From: Octopus bimaculoides
Lineage: Eukaryota
Direction of reading: 5' to 3'
DNA: 64,000 nucleotides
NCBI RefSeq assembly: GCF_001194135.2
Contig: NC_068982.1
Span: 36,198,318 to 36,262,317, forward strand
The notes under the pieces were generated by a model, which was given only the letters and a program-made list of their open reading frames with translations, was not told where the DNA came from and did no database searches. Below, piece by piece: positions 11,853 to 25,895 of the stretch (positions within the stretch are counted from its first letter, which is position 1; the number at the start of each line of letters is the position of its first letter). Made by a program: the position numbers and the translations under genes.

Positions 11853-12823
11853 ATGAGAGAAAAATATATTAATTTACAAATAAACTAGTCAAAGCGTTAG
11901 ATTAAAACGACTGTCAAAGTTGCATTATTTTAGAAGGAATGAATGGCTGGACTATTTCAGCTTATGATGGAGATGATAAGGAGGTATGAAGTAATTGAAA
12001 GATTTAACTGAACATTGCAGTCAGTCAGTCAGTAGCTAACCCATAATAAAAGAAATAACACCTGTAAAGAAAAAAACTGTTAAAAGATACAAGAAATTCC
12101 TCTGTTTGAAATGTACACAAAAATAATTGAGTTAAACACAGGTTTGCAAGCAACCTTACTTGAACAATTATGAAATGACATGCAAAACTATTTTGTTTCT
12201 ATAGTTTAAGCAAGTGAATATATTAAGTGGCAATGTCTGTAAAGATATTTGTCATGTGACTAAATATACACCCTTGCAAAGGAATGTCATATAAAATATT
12301 TTTGAATTGATAATTGTAAAAATATGTACTTTTACATCAAATATTTTATTCTCTTTGCCAAAGTAACCAGATAAAATAGTGATAAAAGTAAAATACAGCA
12401 TAACCTCAAATATATGAGAATATAACTAATATGGTATGAAACATGTTACTACTGCACACTACTTGAACGACATTATATTGTAAATAACTTTATTTTCTCT
12501 GTCAATTAGCTTTCTGATTTTCATTTCAGTTAAGAGATGCTACTATATGAAATGTTGGAAGCTAGAAATTCTAGAATGTTGTTGTTTAGACCCAGGTCAA
12601 CTCTAAGCAAACAAAGTTATGACCAAAGAGATTTAAACCATATATATTTCATCTTTTTTTAACAACTGGGACTATGGTGTCCAGTGTAGCCTTTCTTTTC
12701 TAAGATACCAAGTGTGTTTTGAGGTAGATTTGGCTGTTATTTTAAACCGGTTCAGCTACCAGATAGTTTTATCATTGGCCTGAGAAGAGAAATTGTGAAC
12801 AAATATAGTTGAAATCTCTATAC

Positions 12824-13108
12824 TAGTGGTTATCAATCAATTTTTGCCTATAGGCCCCTTTGATTCCTACTTAATTCTACTGGACCTCCATAGCCATTCG
12901 ATGTATATAAAAAAATCTTATTGTATTTACATAATTAAATATTATTAGTAATTGTATAAAAAACATGTTAAAATATTTTGTGTACTGCAGAAGTATAGCT
13001 GCAGAGGTATAGTAAGTATGCACATAAACTTTAACAAACAAAACTTTACATGGCCTTTCCCCACCTCGCCTCTCGAAGGGTCATATGGACCCTAGCTAAG
13101 AACTACTG
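12824..13108. mobile_element. hAT (Charlie-type) MITE
   Basis: Ends TAGTGGTTATCAA / CTAAGAACTACTG. The 8-bp TSD is CTCTATAC (12816-12823) versus CTCTATAT (13109-13116). Confidence 0.75.
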
Positions 13109-15377
13109 CTCTATATCTTTAGCGGAAATACTTTTATAAAAATATTTATTGATTTCAAATGCTTAATTATGCTATTGAACTTTGCTCAATGAAAAATAGG
13201 AATAAGAATTATTTTTCAATAGTTATAGAAGTAACAAGGAATATAATAATTTCAACAGAGTTGGAAAGAGTTCTTATTTTCTATGGATATACACTTTTGC
13301 ATATCTCATTCTCAAGAAGGGCAACTTCACTGATCCAGCAAATTACCATTCTATTTCTATAACTTAGAAATCTCAAAAGATAATTAGAGTGACAGAAGTA
13401 GTATTAACACCAAAAAGTAATATTTATCACCACTTAAAAGTGGATGTTGGATTAAAACCTTTCATATGACTTTGTGATACATATAAGCACTCTAGTTTAC
13501 ATTGCTAGTGGGAGACAATCACTGCCATTGCTGCAGCCAGAACCATCAGATCATATGATTTTGGCCTTCCTCGACCTTGTCATTAGGGCCTCTTTTAAAT
13601 TATTAACCTAACTATAATTTTTGCAGCATTACAATGGTTATTTTTTTTTTTAGTTTTCATTCCAGTTTCATTTTTTTTTTTTTTACTTTAACCAATGGGG
13701 TAAAATAAATTTAAGTCAGATGAAAACTAAAAGCAAAATATGTTAAGAATTTTGAAATTGACTGAGTTACATTTACATAAATAGTAAAGAATATTAGATA
13801 TGTGTGAAGAAAATATGAACCTTGTGTGGTGGTAGGGAGCTAAGGATATAATATGCGGTATGAAAACAGGAATGTTTGTAATGTCTGGGAACTGCTTGGC
13901 TCGTATAAAAGGTACGAACTCATCTTTTGTATCACTTAAAGTTTTGGCAGCTGCTGTGACTACAACTACTAGTATTATCTCCACCATTGCCACCATACTC
14001 TCATCCCCACCACTGTTTACCTCCACAGCAACTATGACTAACACCTTCCCTACCATCACCACGTCCATTGCAACTATCATTACCACCCCCACCATTATTA
14101 GTCTTTCGTAGTTGTCTGGGAAGATGAACAAGATAGTATGTAAAATTTAATTTAGCTCCTCTGAACAAATTGAAAGACTGCAACTGAAAATAGTGACATT
14201 ACAACACACTATTGCAACTAAATTTTAATTGTTGAATAATAGAAGCCATTTTCACTTTGTCTACCTTCTATAATTACAAGTAAATAAATAAATAAATAAA
14301 TAAAGACTTAATGACGTACAACTTACACAGTTAGAAAACTAGGTTTATAGTTAGATCATGCTGGTGAGAAAAGAATGCAAAGTTGATAATGAAAATAATT
14401 TGCTGTTTATAGAATTGAAACTGGGCAACCTTTAATTTGCTAACAAAAAAATCAAACAGTAAAATAATCATATGCAGTCATATGCAAGCATTTATAAATA
14501 TTATTTTTATTGGCTGAGATGTATATGTGTGTGTAGGTTATATTAGTTGAAGTTGATCATGCATCTGCACATGTATGCACAGGCCTGGGTAAGATATTTT
14601 TAGTGAGGAGAACTGACAGTTGCTCATGCATGCAAGTCTCCCATCTCCTTACCACTAATGCTTATCCAAAGGAAAGGTCACCAACATGGGCTGATACAGC
14701 TTGACACAAGTGTCATTGCAAAAACTGCTACTAGAACAGTGAGCTGGAACAGACACAACAAACAGCAAAGGTATCTTATCCAACACTCTGATGGCCACCC
14801 AAGATTTATACTTTGATTAATGTAATCAATAATTATATGACATAATATAAAATAAAGGTGGAATACACACAAAGTGGAAACCTAACTGAAGACTAATTGC
14901 AAATTCCTGGTATTACAATAAATGTAATAAAGCATAACAAATGTTAACTGCTAGATACATATCAAAAATAAATTGAGAGCACAGTTTTCATTGCTGATCT
15001 TCAATGAATGAAAGACACAGAAAGATCAGAAATACACACAAGAGACAAAATCATATTTCTAAATTCCACAATAGTTAACTGGATTCAATACAAAAAAACT
15101 TAAACCATTTACTGCCATATTGCGATAGACATAATAATATGGTTAACAGGTTTGCTTCAAAAACACATGGTCCCAAATAAATGGAAGTTGTGTGGACCCT
15201 TTAGAAGGACTATATCTTTTCTTGGATAGTAGTTTTAATCCATCATTTGGTTAAGATCACTACCTGATCCTAGGGTGCCTGCAGCAGAGTCCATTCAGTT
15301 GCTAGCAATTATACCAAGTGACCTGCTTCCTATTGCAGCAATCCCTAAGTTGTGATTTTTCTTTTTCACTTTCCATC

Positions 15378-15467
15378 CAGTGTCTATGAACTTTTTATAG
15401 AGCAGTGTCTATGAACTTTTTATAGGTCCTCTAAGAGGACCTATAAAAAGTTCATAGACACTGCTCT
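15378..15467. repeat. Perfect 34-bp-arm palindrome preceded by a tandem duplication
   Basis: 15399-15432 is the exact reverse complement of 15434-15467, with a 1-nt spacer. CAGTGTCTATGAACTTTTTATAG occurs at both 15378 and 15403. Confidence 0.95.
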
Positions 15468-15899
15468 TTCACCACCAAGTCACAAAAATAATAAATAAAA
15501 ACTTTCTTGATAATTTTGTTGTCAGCAAATATTAGATTAACAATGCAAAGATAGATTCAACTGCAGTTAGCAAAGAGAAAATTCTCTAGTAGAATTATTC
15601 TACAGACTTAACAGCTCTTTAAAATTATTTGACAGAGATGAAAATTAAGGAATTCCATGAAAAATTTTCAATAGCACATAGATAACTAACAGTGTATTAA
15701 AAAACTTAAAGAAAGAGGACTTGGTTACTGAGGGTTATTAGTTGTTTTATAATGTAGTGGAATAATACAAGATATTATCTATCTGCAATAGTATACTTTA
15801 ACAAATTGAGACATCTGGCATCAATTGAGGATTCAAGACTGAAAATATTTATGTACTTTTAGAAACATTTCTCTAACACAGTTAAAGTTGATAACATTT

Positions 15900-16377
15900 T
15901 GTCATTGTCATTGTTGTCGTTTTAACATCTATCTCAATGTATTCTGCCCAGCCCATGCAAGCATGGAAGTGAATGAGTTGGTTGGGATATGATGTGGCTT
16001 TTCTATAGTCAGATGCTCTTCCTGTCACCAACTATCACCTGTTTCTAAGTAAGGCAATATTTCCCTCATGACCAGATATGGTTTCATGGAAGTTTGAAAA
16101 CAAAGGGTACGGTTTGCATGATGGTGACATTTGTTTACAATTATCATATGATGACAAAGCAAGGAGATAATAACATACACACTCACACCCATACATACAT
16201 GTGCACATGCACACACACACACACAACAGATTTTTTCAGCTTCCATAGACCAAATTCACTCAAAAGGGTTTGGTTGATCCAGGACTATAGAAGATACTTG
16301 CCCAAGGTGTCATGCAGTGGGACTGAACCTGGAATCATGTGATTGGGAGGCAAACTTCTTACCACACAGCCATGCTT
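15900..16377 (-). mobile_element. tRNA-derived SINE, family B (OK-like), near full length, with RTE-type tail
   Basis: Minus-strand head GCATGGCTGTGTGGTAAGAAGTTTGCCTCCCAA...GGTTCAGTCCCACTGCATGACACCTTGGGCAAG, a central (TG)n, and a decayed RTE-like tail. Other pieces lie at 23060, 40050, 41145, 41635, 46520, 47500, 61500 and 62616. Confidence 0.7.
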
Positions 16378-18084
16378 GAGCTGTTTCAGATGTTAAATGG
16401 TAATCAATGCATTTTGTGACATGATCTACAATCCTCTTATAAATGTTAGTCATAAGTATCAAATAATACCTAAAATATAGAACACTAATTTTTTTGTTTA
16501 CTGTGTTACATCTTTAAAACAGTATGTACTTACAAAAATGAAGTCTTATATTAATGAAATCAAACTGGTTTCAATATTTATTATTTTAACAGAGAAATGT
16601 TGAGGATATTGTTACCTAATATTTCAAAGTAATCTTCAGGAAATATTCGCAGTATAAGAAAGGAGCATTCATTTTGTGAGCAGAAATACCTAATTTATCA
16701 AGATGGTATATCCTGTCTGCTTGAAAGAAACATTCAGGCTGCTAAAAGGAAAATCTTGAAAATTTTCTGAAATATGTTATGCATTCACTTAGAACTAACT
16801 CTGTAAAAATAATTACTAACAATCAAAGCAAAATATAAGTATTATTCATTAAAATTCAATGTAGCCTAAGTTACAGGACATAGTTTAAAAATACATATAA
16901 AGAAGGCTACATGTTCAAAGAATAAAAAATATTGTACATAAAATTTGTTGCACTCACAATGTTCAATTCAGAATAATTTTATAAAATGAGTGTCATGATA
17001 ATTCCTTCAAAATATCTTTAGAGATTTGCAGTGATTTATAATTTTTCTGGAAGAATATAAATGAATGAGAATATATTATTTTTAATATAACATACTGAAT
17101 CCACTGCTACAATAAAGTTAGTTTGCTGCCAGTTGGCAATTACAAGAAATTATAGGAAATGAAACTATGATTGAGTTCTGTTCATTTCCGAAAAATAGTT
17201 AATTTTGTAAATAGTGATGAGACCAACAAAAAAAAAAAAATGAACCTTAATGAAGACTACTGAAAAATATATGAGATATGAAATAATTTGTAGCTTGGAG
17301 TAAATCCAAGAAGAAAAATATGTTATAAAGAAGTGTAGGAATGTGGAGAAACCTGAGAGAAATGACTGATAGTTTTCTGAGAAATTTGCTCATGGAATCA
17401 TATTGCATAGGTTCAATATGACACAAAATAGGTACTACAAACATCATTTCTCACATACTCCACTGTGATAATATTTGGAGTTGCCCTTTGTCCTTGAAAT
17501 AAGTTTTAGTTAAGCTCTTTGTTTTTTCATATTGAAAAAAATTAGTTCTATAAGCCTAATTAGTTGTTTATTAGAATACCTTTTAGGAGATTAATTCTGA
17601 CATTCAGTCCTATTTAGGCACTTCTATATATGTGGAAATTCTTGCTCTTTATTTGAATATATATGAATTTGAGATGTTCCTAAGCAAACAGAAATGAAGG
17701 TTAGGTTTTTGATGACATATTTTGTAAGCAGCTGCTCATTGAATGATATACTGATAAGCAATGTTGAAATGGTTATTGGAAAATAGTGTAGTAACCAATT
17801 ATCTAAGTAATAATTGGTTCCTAATGATACACATATAGAAATATGTCAGTAAAACAATGAAACTGGCTCATGCTCTATTTTTTAGTGTTTATTGATTCAT
17901 TTCAGCACTTGGGAACTTCCTTGTTATGATGTCAACGAGGCCACAGTAAATTCCATGTAAACTAGTTCTTGAATGTTTTATTAGCAAAACATCGACATGC
18001 AAAAATAAAAAAAAAAGAAACAAAAACAAAAAGACAAGAGATAATCAAAGAATGTAACATTGTAATACTTCATGTAAAGTAAAT

Positions 18085-18282
18085 ATAACAAATGAAAAAT
18101 CCTTCAAGAATCCATAAAAATTCCCGGATTACTACCAAAATTTCATCATCTGTTTCTCATGTCATTACCAACTTTTCCTGCAAGTTTCATTAAATACCGT
18201 TCATAACTTTTTGAGTTATTTTGCACACAGACGGACAAACCAATGCCGATGAAAACATAACCTCCTTCCTTGTCGGAGGTAG
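18085..18282 (+). mobile_element. Helentron-associated (HINE/DINE-1-like) element, tentative
   Basis: Ends CACAGACGGACAAAC...GAAAACATAACCTCCTTCCTTGTCGGAGGTA, with a terminal CCTCC/GGAGG hairpin. This architecture is typical of such elements. Confidence 0.45.
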
Positions 18283-18284
18283 TA

Positions 18285-18329
<45 letters not shown>

Positions 18330-21300
18330 GAATTCCTTCAGACAAAAACATTGCAGACAAAGAATTTGAAAAGATCTTGAAAAATGCTAAATTAAAAGTA
18401 GAAATATCATGATTATGAGATACCCAGCAACAAAAGTGAAAGTTATACCAATTAACATCAGAACATTAGAGCTAATTGAAAAAACAAAAGAAACTATCAT
18501 ACCATCTGGAATGGTCAGAGGTCAAGGGAGACATGTGAATACTCCAAGATCTGTTCTCTTTAAAACTAAGGCCTTTTGTATAGCCTTGACAGTTTGCATG
18601 AAGGAAAAAAAAAAGGCACTAACAAAAATCATACTGTACAATGAAAAAATAATAATAGAAATAAAAACCACATAAGCTTAGCTCTTTGAATTATTCTATG
18701 TAAACAATGATGCATTTGGGTTCATAAGTAATGTTTGCTTTAGTTCATACTTAAATGAACTAAATTTCTAGAATATTTAGCCTTGGCCTAGGAACTAAAT
18801 ATAGACTGCAGTAATTGTTTAACAAAAGTAGGAGATAGAAAGAAGTGGTTACAAGGAATTTTCCTGAAAAGAAAGTTATGACATATATGTCAAAAGTGTA
18901 GTGTTTTGCAATGAATTATGGACAATAGTAATGGAAAACCTATAATAGTTTGTACAGCCCATTGGATGTATAATGAGAGAAGAAAAAGAAATCCATAAAG
19001 TAACAGTACTAAAAACCATTTATAAGAGAATTTTTGTTGAAAGCAAGAAAGATAATGGATGTGCATAACATCATAGTCAAGAAGTTCCTATTCTTCAATT
19101 CATGTCTGCATGAAGTGAATGTGATAAAACTAAAATGATAGTTCTTTGTATGTCAGCATATATCAATTGTTTCCACACAACATGCAATTCTTGCATACTG
19201 TCTTCCTATTTCTTAAGCATGTTTTTGTCTTATAGTTAGCACCTTTATTTTGGTTGCCTCCCACTTAAGAGTATTTTATTTGAAAATTACTCCTAGAAGT
19301 CAGAAATTCTGAAGCGTTGCAACAAATTTTTGCAATTAAAATGAAGGTGTAAACTGAGGTTTTGATAAGCATCTGGTGTGATTTTCTAAAAAAGGAACAA
19401 AGATAAATTCTTGCTCGATACTTAACCATATGCCAAATAGTCTCATCATAATTTTAACAGTTGCATGAACAGCTTTGACAAGATGTTCTTCCACATATAA
19501 TTTTGTCACTGTCCTTTGGAAACAAGTAGAATGCAGAACTGTACTAAATACCTTCTCTATGCTTACAAATATATGAAAGTGTTGCTTCTTCTTAGACTGT
19601 CTAGATATATCCATATACACACACTCACATATTTATATCAGATACATCAAATGTAAATATAAAACAACTGTTTAGAACACATTTAGAAACTTAGCCATAC
19701 AGAAGCATGCGTGCGCGTGCACACACACACACACACACAGAGGAAGTGAAACAATCACAGATGCTACTTTCAGCAGAATGAGATGTAATAAACAATATTG
19801 AACAAAGACAGCAGTACACCCTTCAGTAGTTTCTGGCATAAGAAGTCTAAGAAAAATTGTTCCACTTATCTTTTGTGTTAGTCAACAGCATGTGTTGATT
19901 GGGCTTTCTCTAAACCACATTGAGTTATCTCTGTTGGACTTGAGTCCAATAATAGCCTTTAATTTTTTTCTTTCTCTGCATGATTGACCTACCTGTTCTT
20001 ACTTCCAACCAAACAAACTACAATGCAAACAAGCTAATGTAAAAGCTCTATGTGGTTAGTTGGTTTGCTAAAAATAGAAGCCAAATCTCTTGAAAATCAC
20101 ATTAACCATCTTTAATAAGAAAAAGAACATATTGGATAATGTAGCCTGGAATAAATAGTCGGAAAAATCTGGATGATCACAACTGAGTCGGGACCAATCT
20201 GGTGCTAAACAACAATAACTCCAATGTAGATTCCCACAAGGCTTCAGCTCTATATAATCTAGCTATCTCCTGTAAGACATAAACTACTTGTTTTAACAAA
20301 CAACTTGAAACCATTCTGCAATGGGAATAAAATAACCTAGTCTCCTTCAACAATATTACTGAATCTCATATCAATCAAGGGATCTATCTCCAAAGCTACA
20401 TTCTACTCATAAACCATTCATATTTAAACCTTACAAATGCTTAGCCTCAGAATTTCTGATGACTTCACATGGCAACCACACATCTGAAACATAGCCAAAA
20501 CTCCACCTCTATGTAAATCCTTTTCATTAAAGTCCGAATCTACTCCATCCCTGAACAATTAATAATCTTATACAAGGCACATGTGCAGTTTGCACAAGAG
20601 TAATGCATATGTATCTGGGGCAAAGTAATAGCTATACATACAAATAAGTAGTTCAAGTCCCTCACAAAAAAAAAAAAAAAAAATCCCCCAAAACAAAAAA
20701 CGCAACAACTGATCAGCAAAAATTCACTCTCTAACATTCTACAATCATTTGTACACTGATATGCTGTATCCTCCACCTGGCTCTGCTGCCATGATATAAT
20801 CCTCCCCCTGTCTCTATTACAATGGTTGCATACACTTCTGAATGAGCAAGTTGTGTACCCAGGCAAATTCAATTAATCAATTACCATTATTATTGTATTT
20901 CACCTCCCAAATTCTGTGATAAACACTGAAACCTCCTCTTGTACACTTACTGTCCACATTTTCCTATCCACACATTAATTTGCAAACGTTCAAGTTCAGA
21001 CATAAGCTCCATCAACCTCACCAACCTGGGAGAACCAGCAAAAGCTATAGGCACTGACCCACCACCCTCAACTGAAGTGCAAAAAAAAAAAAAATCCAAG
21101 AGAGTAGAATAGAAATGCACATAAATGATAGACGGTGAGCAGATAAAAGTGAGATGCATGTAAAAGAATATTCCAAGAGACACAGCAATAGATAGTGTAT
21201 AAAGTTTTCAATGACAGTTGTATAGTAAGATATCAGATATCTATTGTTTGTAGCATTTCTAGAAGTTAGCTTGGCAACCTCATCACCCTGTACAGTAGCA

Positions 21301-21945
21301 GTGGATCTTTTAAGAATCTCTCAGCAGACATGCTTTGAACAAGAAAGGAATGTCTGTTGCAAAAGATTTAAAAAAGAAAAAGAAATATAAAAAAGAATGC
21401 CAAGCATTTAGGTAATAGGTTGAACATAATACTTCATGGCATACAGTTTGTCTGAGAGAATATTTACCTTAGTTTATAAGGCAAAAATTCTATGAATAAG
21501 AAAATTGCCAATTATCTTATCTATAAATCATATTGCTCATATTTGATAAAGAAAATAAATTCTTATATATATTCCAGGAATTAGTTCAGAATAAACTAAC
21601 AAATATTTTCAGCTAGTAACATAGAATGAGGAAAATCATTTCTCTTATGTTATGGTTATCTTTTTAACCAAAGTTCAACATTTAAAGTAATTGCAACACT
21701 TCCATGAAATGAGTTGCTATTTAGCTTAAAAAATTTTTTCATACAAAAATTTTTTTGCATTCATTAACATGATTTCAAGATGAAAATATAACATAGATTG
21801 TTCTTTTAGTTATACTGTTTAGGTACACATATACACACTAATGTGCAAGTGTCTGCAATTGTGAACAGGTGATCTATATGATACTAGTAAACATATGCAC
21901 ACACACATATATATGTATGTAGGCATGCATGCATGTATATGTAAA

Positions 21946-21981
<36 letters not shown>

Positions 21982-22285
21982 AACTAATTGCATTTGAGTC
22001 TACTGTCTGATACATCTTAGTTGAATAAAATAGATAGGACAGTCTGACTACATGTAAAACTGCAGATATATCTCCATATTTCTCAGAGCATGCACAACTA
22101 TAACAACAGTTTTACAGCTAGCTGAGTGAAATGGTGATATGATCTTCACATCCCTTCTTGATATTACAGGAAATAAGTCATTGACAAACCCATGCTAAAA
22201 TGAAAAACAGACATTAAATGAATGATGAATGAATATCTGAACACATACACACTACCCCAATACATATACATATACATACATATAT

Positions 22286-22437
22286 CATCATCATCGTTTA
22301 ACGTCCGCTTTCCATGCTAGCATGGGTTGGACGATTTGACTGAGGACTGGTGAAACCGGATGGCAACACCAGGCTCCAGTCTGATTTGGCAGAGTTTCTA
22401 CAGCTGGATGCCCTTCCTAACGCCAACCACTCAGAGT
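22286..22437 (-). mobile_element. Young RTE 3' tail
   Basis: Nearly identical to 46168-46320, with CpGs retained. Confidence 0.8.
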
Positions 22438-22456
22438 ATATATATATATATTTATG

Positions 22457-22975
22457 TCATCATCATCATTTAAAGTGCGTTGGCCATGGGTTGGACGGTT
22501 TGACCAGGGCTGGCAAGCTGGAAAGTTGCACCAGACACCAGTCTGATTTGGCATGGTTTATATGGCTGGATGCCCTTCCTAATGTCAATCACTCTGAGAG
22601 TGTAAAGGGTGGTTATGGGTGCCTTTTGCAGGACACTGGTATCTGTTACAACTGCAATTTTGCACGACTTGACAGCTCTTCTCAAACACGACATAATGCC
22701 AAAAATCATTGCCTCTGTGAGGCCCAACACTTGAAAGGAACTCAGCCACTTTGCCTCTGTGAGGCCCAATGCTCGAAAGCAACACAGCCACTTTGCCTCC
22801 GTGAGGCCCAATGCTCGAACAGTGCGACACCAACATCAGTCTCGACTATGATTTCACTTGGCTTCACAGGTCTTCTCAAGCACACCATATCGTCAAAGGT
22901 CTTGGTCACTAGTCATTGCTTCTGTGAGGCTCAAAGTTTGAAGGTCATGCTTCATCACCTCATCCCATGTCTCTC
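22457..22975 (-). mobile_element. Older RTE 3' end with internal tandem repeats
   Basis: Tail plus the ORF2 end, with repeated GCCTCTGTGAGGCCCAATGCTCGAA units. It explains ORFs 22350-23000, 22470-22811 and 22585-22836. Confidence 0.7.
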
Positions 22976-23671
22976 ACTCTCTCTCTATATATATATTTAA
23001 GTACACACACATGCATACACACACAAACACCACACTCACAAATATGTCCAAATGTTTATGTGTGACACTCTGGGCAAGTGTTTCTTACTATAGCCTCAGG
23101 CTGACCAAAAGCTTGAGTGTATTTGGTAGATGGGAACTGAAAGAATCCATCATGTGTGTGTGTGTGCATGTGTTAAAACAATGATACCAATGCAAACATG
23201 GAAAAATGGATGCTAAAATGATGATACCCTTACATTATGATCTGTAAAACTAACAAGTTCAAATGCTTTCCTACTTCTGGAGAAGCCAGAGCTTCAGATT
23301 ACGAATGGCATTTAATGGCTAGAAGGCAGTATTTCCTTCTCTATTAAACTCAGCACACTCACATACTCAATCTTAAATTACTTTTCAAAATTATCATTTA
23401 TATATGAGTGTGTGTATGTGTGTGTGTATTGAATGGTCTAAAAAAGAGGAGGGGAAATATATCATCAAGATGTAGAAAACCTAAGTGGACATTAAAAATG
23501 AGAAAAAAGCCATGTGTTCAGTAGAAACAACTGTAATGAGATAAGGGGGGAAAATTCAGTCATAGGGGTGGTTGTAGAATTGATGATATTTGTGAGTGGT
23601 AAGTGTGTGTATTGCTTTAAGAAGTTAAATGATGTTTTTATGATGTTTTATAGCATTTTAAGACCATTAAA

Positions 23672-23779
<108 letters not shown>

Positions 23780-24009
23780 GAAAAATACAGAAAAAAAAAC
23801 AATGTACTGTTTACTCCTTACCTGATTTTGGTTTATAAGTTGCTGAAAACATTTTAATGTTATAAGGAAAAAAATTTATTTTAGGAATAGAGATTATTCT
23901 TGTTTTTAGTTTTAGTTTGTTTGATAGATGTTGAAAGTCTCTTTTGACTTCTTTCAACTTCTTTAAAATCTTTTGAGTGTAAGTAATGTGACTTCTGTCA
24001 TGCAATTTC

Positions 24010-24310
24010 AACATAGTACCTACATAATAGCACTTTCATGCCACTTTGTTTTCAGTGCCATTGAAGGCAACTGCATTATTATCATTCTGTATACACTTCT
24101 CAATGATAGCTTGGTTTTCTCAAGCACACTGGCTCGCAATCCTGAAAGACTCAATCAAACCTCTGATCCTCCTGTTGCAGAATATGGGCAAACTTCTTTC
24201 TGCTTCTTTCCTTAGTAAGTTTACCTGACATCTAGTTTCTCCTCTAACTACTTGATGTTTTTCTTTGCTACCCACTTTTTTTCAGTTTACATAAGCCTGC
24301 CTTGTCTTCA
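24010..24310 (-). mobile_element. Decayed RTE ORF2 fragment (endonuclease-RT linker)
   Basis: The minus strand gives LLRKEAERSLPIF / QQEDQRF / FRIASQCA*ENQAIIEKCIQNDNNAVAFNGTENKVA, consistent with the linker of the same RTE family. It is frameshifted. Confidence 0.55.
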
Positions 24311-25669
24311 CTTTTATAGCCCTATCTACATCATTATTCCATCATGATCAATCTCCTTTTGGTTGAAACCTTGCACTATAAATGAAAGTAAAGAAAACTA
24401 AGTAGCATATAGGGTTTTTTCAACATATTTTGAAGTTCATCAGTTAAGAGAAATGAAAATGCAATAATGTTTAATGGAATGAGAGTTGACAAAGGCTCTA
24501 CACCGTTAATTACTTTTAAGTTTATTCCAAAACATAATATATAAAGATAGGCTTTTAATTTCATTACTCACGCATACATATATATTTGATGTGTAGTAGA
24601 TCATGTAATTAATGCACTCTAAGCAAAAAGGAACTCTCAGCTTAATGAATGCATTTCTGTATGCTACCGCAATTACTTATAATCAAAAATAGCATTAACA
24701 TAGATTGTTTGAGACTGTGTAAAGGGAAATAGCTACCATTAAATTCACAAGCCACCACAAACCCTGTCATAACAGAAGCACAGTAAAAGTCTTCAGAAAG
24801 TAAGCTACAAAGTTGCCATTAATCCATAAGGTAAAATTGCAACGTGAAAATCCATTGTATTAAAATTATGAATGTTGCACCTTGCATTCTAGAAGAATGA
24901 GGATACTGAATAAAGTAGTCAAGATGCAATATGGATAAACAACGTACATCACTTTCAAGGAGTGATACTCCTTTTATAAACAGTTGAAAAATGACAGAGT
25001 GGAAAATCACCCCGGAGAGACCTGATAGCTAGATGCATCTATAAGAAGGCTTTGTCAACTTGTTCCTAGAAACAGTGGTTAGTATCATTAACAACAGTGT
25101 TGTCTAGCAGGGATCAGACAACAATAGTGGCTAAAATTAGAAAATCTAATTGCATGTCTAAATATTATGTTTAAACTATAAACATGCTGTGTGGATGAAT
25201 TAACAAGGGGATTACAAGGTTTCACTAAACATGCAAGAAATAGTAACCAAATCTTCCTCAAAATATACCCTACTGATCCTTAAAAAAAAGGACACACTGG
25301 TTTGGTTAGTGTAGTTCTAGACACTTAGTCACCACATATATAAAAAAAAAAAAAAAAGGAGAAAAAGGAGCATTATGGATATTGTTGAAACACCTTAATC
25401 ATAGGTCTGATGAAAGTTGACTTTGAAGCCAAACTGGTGTAGAAATTAAAAACAATTCTAGTAATACAATTCTAGTAATACACTATACTAAATATCTTGT
25501 CACAAAGTAGTCATCAAAGAAGCAAAACAACACAAAAGACTTCTGTGGTATTGTGGTCAATGTATAGAGATATTCATTTTAGCAGTTCTTTGTTTGTAGT
25601 CACTGTGTCACCCACTAGAAACGAAGAAGTGTCATATCAATATACATGATATTATCCATATTATAATCA

Positions 25670-25895
25670 GCAATTTAATATTGGTTTCAAATTTTAGCAG
25701 AAGGCCAGCAGTTTTGGGGAGGAGAAAAAATCAATTACATCGACCCCAGTGCTCAACTGGTACATATTTTATTGACTTCGAAAGGATAAAAAGCAAAGTT
25801 GACTGTGGTGGAATTTGAACTCAGAATGTAAAGATGGACAAAATGCCACTAAGCATTTTGCCTGGTGTGCTAATGATTCTGTCAGCTTGCTGCAC
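25670..25895 (-). mobile_element. SINE family A
   Basis: Colinear with 320-530. Confidence 0.8.

Noticed and set aside
13727-14131. Thr-rich and Val-rich opposing ORFs
   Set aside because: Degenerate ACC/ACT trinucleotide sequence keeps both frames open.
14653-14743. 91-nt segment with a good acceptor and a GTAAGG donor
   Set aside because: All three frames contain stops and there is no other support. It shows how often such pairs arise by chance.
19336-19620. 94-aa ORF on the minus strand
   Set aside because: Weak splice signals and no recognisable homology.
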